Assembly (NCBI GenBank): GCA_964228455.1
Contig: CAXQZM010000071.1
Span: 13,310 to 77,309, forward strand
DNA: 64,000 nt
Direction of reading: 5' to 3'
Origin: Alphaproteobacteria bacterium
GTDB taxonomy: Bacteria; Pseudomonadota; Alphaproteobacteria; UBA7985
Part shown: positions 60,135 through 64,000 of the stretch, in pieces
How positions within the stretch are numbered: position 1 is the stretch's first letter
Layout: the number at the start of each line of letters is the position of its first letter
Position numbers and translations under genes: made by a program
Notes under the pieces: model-generated
Databases searched by the model: none
Seen by the model: the letters and a program-made list of their open reading frames with translations, nothing else
Told to the model about the DNA's origin: nothing

Positions 60135-61259
60135 ATGAGTTTGCAAGTCACACACGTCGGATCATTACCGCGCTCGCAACAAGTTGTAGATATGATTTTT
60201 GCGCGTGAGAAAGAACAACCATACGACGTAGAGAAGTTTGATGCATGTATGAGGGGTGCTGTTTCTGCTACCGTTAAGAAACAAATAGAGGCAGGGGTGA
60301 GTTGGGTTTCAGATGGAGAAACCTCTAAGATCTCTTATGCTACTTATGTGAAGGATCGCTACACCGGGTTCTCCGGTGACAGCCCACGAAATGCACCCGA
60401 AGATCTTAAAATGTTTCCTGGGTTTCTTCAGCGCCAGGCGGATAGTGGCGGAACTCCAACCTATGCTCGGCCTATGTGCACAGGAGAGGTCAAGGCAAAA
60501 AACACCGGTGATTTAGAGAGAGACATTAGCAACTTGAAGGCCGCTATGGCTGAACATGGCGCGCCAAGAGGTTTCATGAATTCCGCGTCGCCTGGTGTGA
60601 TTTCACTCTTCTTAGCCAATGACTATTATTCATCGCGCGAAAAATATTTGTATGCGTTATCCGACGTTATGAAAGCAGAGTATGAAACTATAGTTGCTAG
60701 TGGTTTAGATCTCCAGCTTGATTGTCCAGATTTGGCCCTATCCCGTCACATGTTATTTCAAGACCTATCTGACGAAGAGTTTTTAAAGATCGCTGAAATG
60801 CATGTTGAGGCTTTAAATGCAGCACTGATAAATATTGATCCGGCTAGTGTCCGCATTCATATTTGTTGGGGAAATTATGAGGGTCCGCACTGCTGTGATA
60901 TGCCGATGGATACAGTATTTAACACTTTGATGAGAGTGAAAGCTTCCCATGTTTTGTTTGAGACGGCGAATCCACGTCACGGACATGAATGGGCTACCTT
61001 CCGCGATCGAAAGGCCGACATCCCAGAGGATAAAATACTCGTGCCTGGGGTGGTAGATACAACAACTAATTTTATTGAGCATCCAGATTTGGTGGCAGAG
61101 CGTTTGTGCCGTTTTATCGATATTGTTGGGGAGGATCGAGTTGTGGCTGGCTCTGATTGTGGGTTTGGGACATTTGCTGGTTTTGGCGCGATCGATCCTG
61201 ATATAGCCTATGCTAAGCTCAAGTCATTGAGTGAAGGTGCCAAGCGTGCTGTCGCCTGA
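60135..61259 (+). CDS. Cobalamin-independent methionine-synthase-like (MetE C-terminal/UroD-like) zinc-dependent alkyl(methyl)transferase
   Basis: 374 aa. MetE catalytic-domain-like blocks: N-terminal THVGSLPRS, zinc-ligand-like IHICWGNYE (His/Cys/Glu) and C-terminal GSDCGFG. Confidence 0.65.
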   Translation: MSLQVTHVGSLPRSQQVVDMIFAREKEQPYDVEKFDACMRGAVSATVKKQIEAGVSWVSDGETSKISYATYVKDRYTGFSGDSPRNAPEDLKMFPGFLQRQADSGGTPTYARPMCTGEVKAKNTGDLERDISNLKAAMAEHGAPRGFMNSASPGVISLFLANDYYSSREKYLYALSDVMKAEYETIVASGLDLQLDCPDLALSRHMLFQDLSDEEFLKIAEMHVEALNAALINIDPASVRIHICWGNYEGPHCCDMPMDTVFNTLMRVKASHVLFETANPRHGHEWATFRDRKADIPEDKILVPGVVDTTTNFIEHPDLVAERLCRFIDIVGEDRVVAGSDCGFGTFAGFGAIDPDIAYAKLKSLSEGAKRAVA

Positions 61260-61950
61260 TCTGCTTCGAGTTCTTAAATCCGTCGACACTCCGACGGTTT
61301 GTAATGCAATTGAAGTTGCCCAAGGAAGACGTGGTTTCAAAAATTTTACTCGCAAAACGATGTTAGCCTCTGATGCTAATGCTCCAGCAATGGTTGGGTA
61401 TGCGTGCACGGCTCAGATAGCAGCACTAGAGCCTCCAAAGGAATCACCCGATACGATAAAAAAAAGACGGATGGATTATTACAGAGCTATGGCCGCCGCA
61501 GTGAAATCTGGTCCAACTATATGCGTAGTTGAAGATGTTGATGATGAGAAAGCTGTAGGAGCCTTTTGGGGTGAAGTGAATACTACTGTCCATAAGGGGC
61601 TTGGTTTAGTTGGAACGATAACGAACGGGCTGATGCGGGATTTGGGCGATATGGCTAATGATTACCCTGTCCTTGCGGGCGGGATTGGACCAAGCCATAT
61701 GTATGTTCATATCCGCAGCGTAAGCCAGCCGGTAAAAATCTATGGCATGGCGGTGAACCAAGGGGACCTTTTACATGCTGATTGTCATGGAGCGCTTGTA
61801 ATTCCAGATGAAGTGCTGCCAAATCTTAATTATGCGGTAAAAAAACTCTTAGAAACAGAGCGACTTATTTTAGAGCCTGCTCGCCAGCCTGACTTCAATA
61901 TTGACGAATTTGAAAAAGCTTGGGCGGCATTTGAAGCCGCTCGCACTTAA
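61231..61950 (+). CDS. RraA-family protein (HMG/CHA-aldolase / 4-hydroxy-2-oxoacid aldolase-like; 'RNase E inhibitor' family)
   Basis: 239 aa. RraA-like motifs (TPTVCNAIEV, GLGLVGTITNGLMRDLGDM, HADCHGALVIP). Start uncertain (overlaps upstream gene end; a GTG start is possible). Confidence 0.6.
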   Translation: MKVPSVLSPDLLRVLKSVDTPTVCNAIEVAQGRRGFKNFTRKTMLASDANAPAMVGYACTAQIAALEPPKESPDTIKKRRMDYYRAMAAAVKSGPTICVVEDVDDEKAVGAFWGEVNTTVHKGLGLVGTITNGLMRDLGDMANDYPVLAGGIGPSHMYVHIRSVSQPVKIYGMAVNQGDLLHADCHGALVIPDEVLPNLNYAVKKLLETERLILEPARQPDFNIDEFEKAWAAFEAART

Positions 61951-61970
61951 GAAATAATTTGCAGAACTAA

Positions 61971-62393
61971 TTAATAGCGCTGGAACCGGATCGTAAATAG
62001 CTCTCCATCGACCTCAAAAGTTATCGTGCTATAACTGTAAACGTTTCTCTGCTCTTGTGAATAGGTGGTTACATCTTGGCAAACCGTAGAAACAGAGCCT
62101 TTGTTTTCTTCTGCAGCAATCATGCCACCAATGATGGCGCCAGCTCCTGTTGCTTTATCGTCTCCTCCTGAGAGTATATCTCCAAAAATACCTCCAATAA
62201 CCATCCCGCCAAGAACATCCTCAGCGTCTGCTCCCTCCTCCTCGCTGCAAAGCCTTTTTGTGTGAGGTACTTGGATACGCTCAGTTTGAAAAAAATCCTC
62301 AACCTTGCCCGTAACGGAGTTAATGTGATGAGCAGAGGCGGGAAGCGCTAAAAAAGAAGCGATTGCGGCAAATAAGAATATCGTACGTTTCAT
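61971..62393 (-). CDS. Secreted glycine-zipper (17-kDa-antigen-like, Gly-zipper_2TM) protein
   Basis: Signal peptide MKRTIFLFAAIASFLALPASA. GxxxG-rich stretch GGMVIGGIFGDILSGG...GAGAIIGGMIAA. Confidence 0.6.
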   Translation of the reverse strand: MKRTIFLFAAIASFLALPASAHHINSVTGKVEDFFQTERIQVPHTKRLCSEEEGADAEDVLGGMVIGGIFGDILSGGDDKATGAGAIIGGMIAAEENKGSVSTVCQDVTTYSQEQRNVYSYSTITFEVDGELFTIRFQRY

Positions 62394-62609
62394 TTGTATC
62401 CCTTTAGAGTTCACCAAAATTTAAAAAAAGGGGTAGTGAGAAATCAAGGTGATTATGTGGCCATAACAAGACTTCTTTAGCTTGAAACAGCGTTGCTTTG
62501 AGGAGCCTCACTCCAACAGCGCATGCCGAAAACTCAGTTTATGCTCTGGGCCGGATAAAAAATACGAGGTTCACTTGCTTTTTCTGTTCGTTTCGAGTGA
62601 TCCTCAAGA

Positions 62610-63446
62610 ATGCTCGACATATTTATGCAAGACTGGATTTGGTTTGTCATAATCATGCTTATTGCAGCGATCGTGGCTGGTTTTATGGCGGGGCTATTTG
62701 GTATTGGCGGGGGCGCTGTCATGGTGCCTGTATTTTCCGAGGTCTACGTATGGGTTGGCACAGAGCCGTCTCTGGCGCAATTTGTAGCGGTAGGGACATC
62801 TCTAGCTATCATCATCCCCACTTCAATTAGATCAGCACAAACCCATTTTTCTGCCGGAAATTTAGATCATAAAGTTTTACGCAGTTACTTTTGGTTCATT
62901 CCCTTAGGCGTGGTTTTGGGGCTTGTGTTCGCTAATTTAGACTGGGTGAAAGCAAGTGATTTTCTAACATCGATCTTTGGTATAATGGCTTTGCTGATAT
63001 CCGCTTATATGCTTTTTGAGGCTAAGGAATTTAGTCTGCGATCGACTGGTCCAAGGGTATATTTATCCCGCGTGGGGGGGGTTGTCATTGGCTTCACATC
63101 TTTGCTGATGGGAATTGGCGGTGGAGTGGTGAACAATATTTTTATGATGCTTCAAGGGTCTTCCATTAAGGTTGCTATTGGGACTTCAGCGGCGGTTGGT
63201 ATTCTGATATCCGTCCCAGGTGCTTTAGGGTTTTTAGTTATTGGGTGGGGGATTGAGGGCCTGCCTCCGTTTACTTACGGATTTCTTAACGTTTTCACTA
63301 TGTTAGTTGTAATACCCATAACTGTATTGATGGCGCCACTTGGTGCGAAGGTTACTCAGATGTTGCCCGATGCTTTAACCTCTCGACTATTTGGATTTTT
63401 TCTTCTTGCTGCTGGTATGCGAATGCTTTGGAAGGTTTTAGTTTAA
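62610..63446 (+). CDS. TauE/SafE-family (DUF81) sulfite/organosulfonate exporter-like membrane protein
   Basis: 278 aa. Two 4-TM repeats each with a GxGGG motif (AGLFGIGGGAVMVP, LLMGIGGGVVNN). Confidence 0.75.
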   Translation: MLDIFMQDWIWFVIIMLIAAIVAGFMAGLFGIGGGAVMVPVFSEVYVWVGTEPSLAQFVAVGTSLAIIIPTSIRSAQTHFSAGNLDHKVLRSYFWFIPLGVVLGLVFANLDWVKASDFLTSIFGIMALLISAYMLFEAKEFSLRSTGPRVYLSRVGGVVIGFTSLLMGIGGGVVNNIFMMLQGSSIKVAIGTSAAVGILISVPGALGFLVIGWGIEGLPPFTYGFLNVFTMLVVIPITVLMAPLGAKVTQMLPDALTSRLFGFFLLAAGMRMLWKVLV

Positions 63447-64000
63447 GGCGCGAGCACGATTTTTCCTTGAGCCTCTCTCTGAGCGAGCATGTTTAAAGCT
63501 TTGGTTGCTTCTTCTAGTGGGAGCACATGACTTATAAGTGGGTTAACTTTTCCACTAGAAACCAATGAAAATATGCGATTGAAATTGGCATTATCGGCCT
63601 TCACATTACGCAGACGGAATTCACCCCAAAACACACCCACTACCGAGCAGCCTTTAAGTAACGGGAGATTAGCAGGAATTTTTGGGATACTGCCACTTGC
63701 AAATCCTATTACTAAATAGCGGCCACCCCAAGCACAAGATCGCAGAGCCGGTTCAAACAACTCTCCTCCGACAGGGTCAACTACTAAGTCTAAACCTTTT
63801 GCTCCAACGATATCTCTCAACGAGTTTCTCAGATCGGACTTTGAATAGTTAATCAAGAAATCAGCACCTAACGATTTAGCGGTTTTTAATTTGGCTTCAG
63901 TACTCGCTGCTGCAATGACTTTTGCTCCCATTGCTTTTGCGAGTTCAATAGCTGCTAAGCCAACACCTCCAGCTGCTCCGAGCACCAATACAGTTTCACC
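63443..64000 (-). CDS. Zinc-independent medium-chain dehydrogenase/reductase (quinone oxidoreductase-like). C-terminal part; N-terminus beyond window end.
   Basis: MDR cofactor-binding motif VLGAAGGVGLAAIELAKAMGAKVIA. The ORF continues past position 64000. Confidence 0.65.
   Translation of the reverse strand, partial: GETVLVLGAAGGVGLAAIELAKAMGAKVIAAASTEAKLKTAKSLGADFLINYSKSDLRNSLRDIVGAKGLDLVVDPVGGELFEPALRSCAWGGRYLVIGFASGSIPKIPANLPLLKGCSVVGVFWGEFRLRNVKADNANFNRIFSLVSSGKVNPLISHVLPLEEATKALNMLAQREAQGKIVLAP

Noticed and set aside
1-64000. Mobile elements, CRISPR arrays, toxin-antitoxin or recognisable defence systems
   Set aside because: I saw no transposase, integrase or recombinase ORFs. I saw no repeat-spacer arrays and no long direct or inverted terminal repeats. 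I saw no small adjacent toxin/antitoxin-like gene pairs. The window appears to be core chromosome plus two metabolic accessory operons.

Overview
This 64-kb window is a chromosomal segment from a moderate-GC bacterium. The gene repertoire looks alphaproteobacterial (rbfA-truB-rpsO-pnp, mnmC-rsmG-parA-parB, maf-aroE-coaE, DUF4164-zapA, cobC-cobS/cobT, dapD-dapE). It is densely coding on both strands. I found no rRNA or tRNA genes, CRISPR arrays, transposases or integrases. Housekeeping genes include pnp, rpsO, truB, rbfA, rluD, mnmC, rsmG, parAB, pyrF, dnaN, cobCST, dapDE, efp, suhB, ubiB/ubiE, sdhB, tgt, zapA, rplT/rpmI, coaE, aroE and maf. Two accessory loci stand out. (1) At 1-7.2 kb a minus-strand operon encodes a partial MR/MLE enolase-superfamily enzyme, a clear CaiD-type carnitinyl-CoA dehydratase, an ADP-forming (reversible) acyl-CoA synthetase, an acyl-CoA dehydrogenase, a BKACE beta-keto-acid cleavage enzyme and an MFS transporter. 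An L-carnitine-dehydrogenase-like gene sits at 21 kb. Together these look like an unconventional gamma-butyrobetaine/carnitine-type betaine catabolic route. (2) At 48.1-62 kb a same-strand island encodes a CUT1-type ABC importer with two LacI-type operator-like palindromes upstream, a HisD-family dehydrogenase, three paralogous double-domain SnoaL/NTF2-like (ester-cyclase-like) proteins flanking a LacI regulator, an SDR, a bicupin, a MetE-like zinc alkyltransferase and an RraA/HMG-CHA-aldolase-like protein. I cannot match this combination to any described pathway, so it is the best candidate here for an undescribed catabolic system. I also mapped several rho-independent terminators and attenuator-like hairpins and noted some unusual gene-order features.
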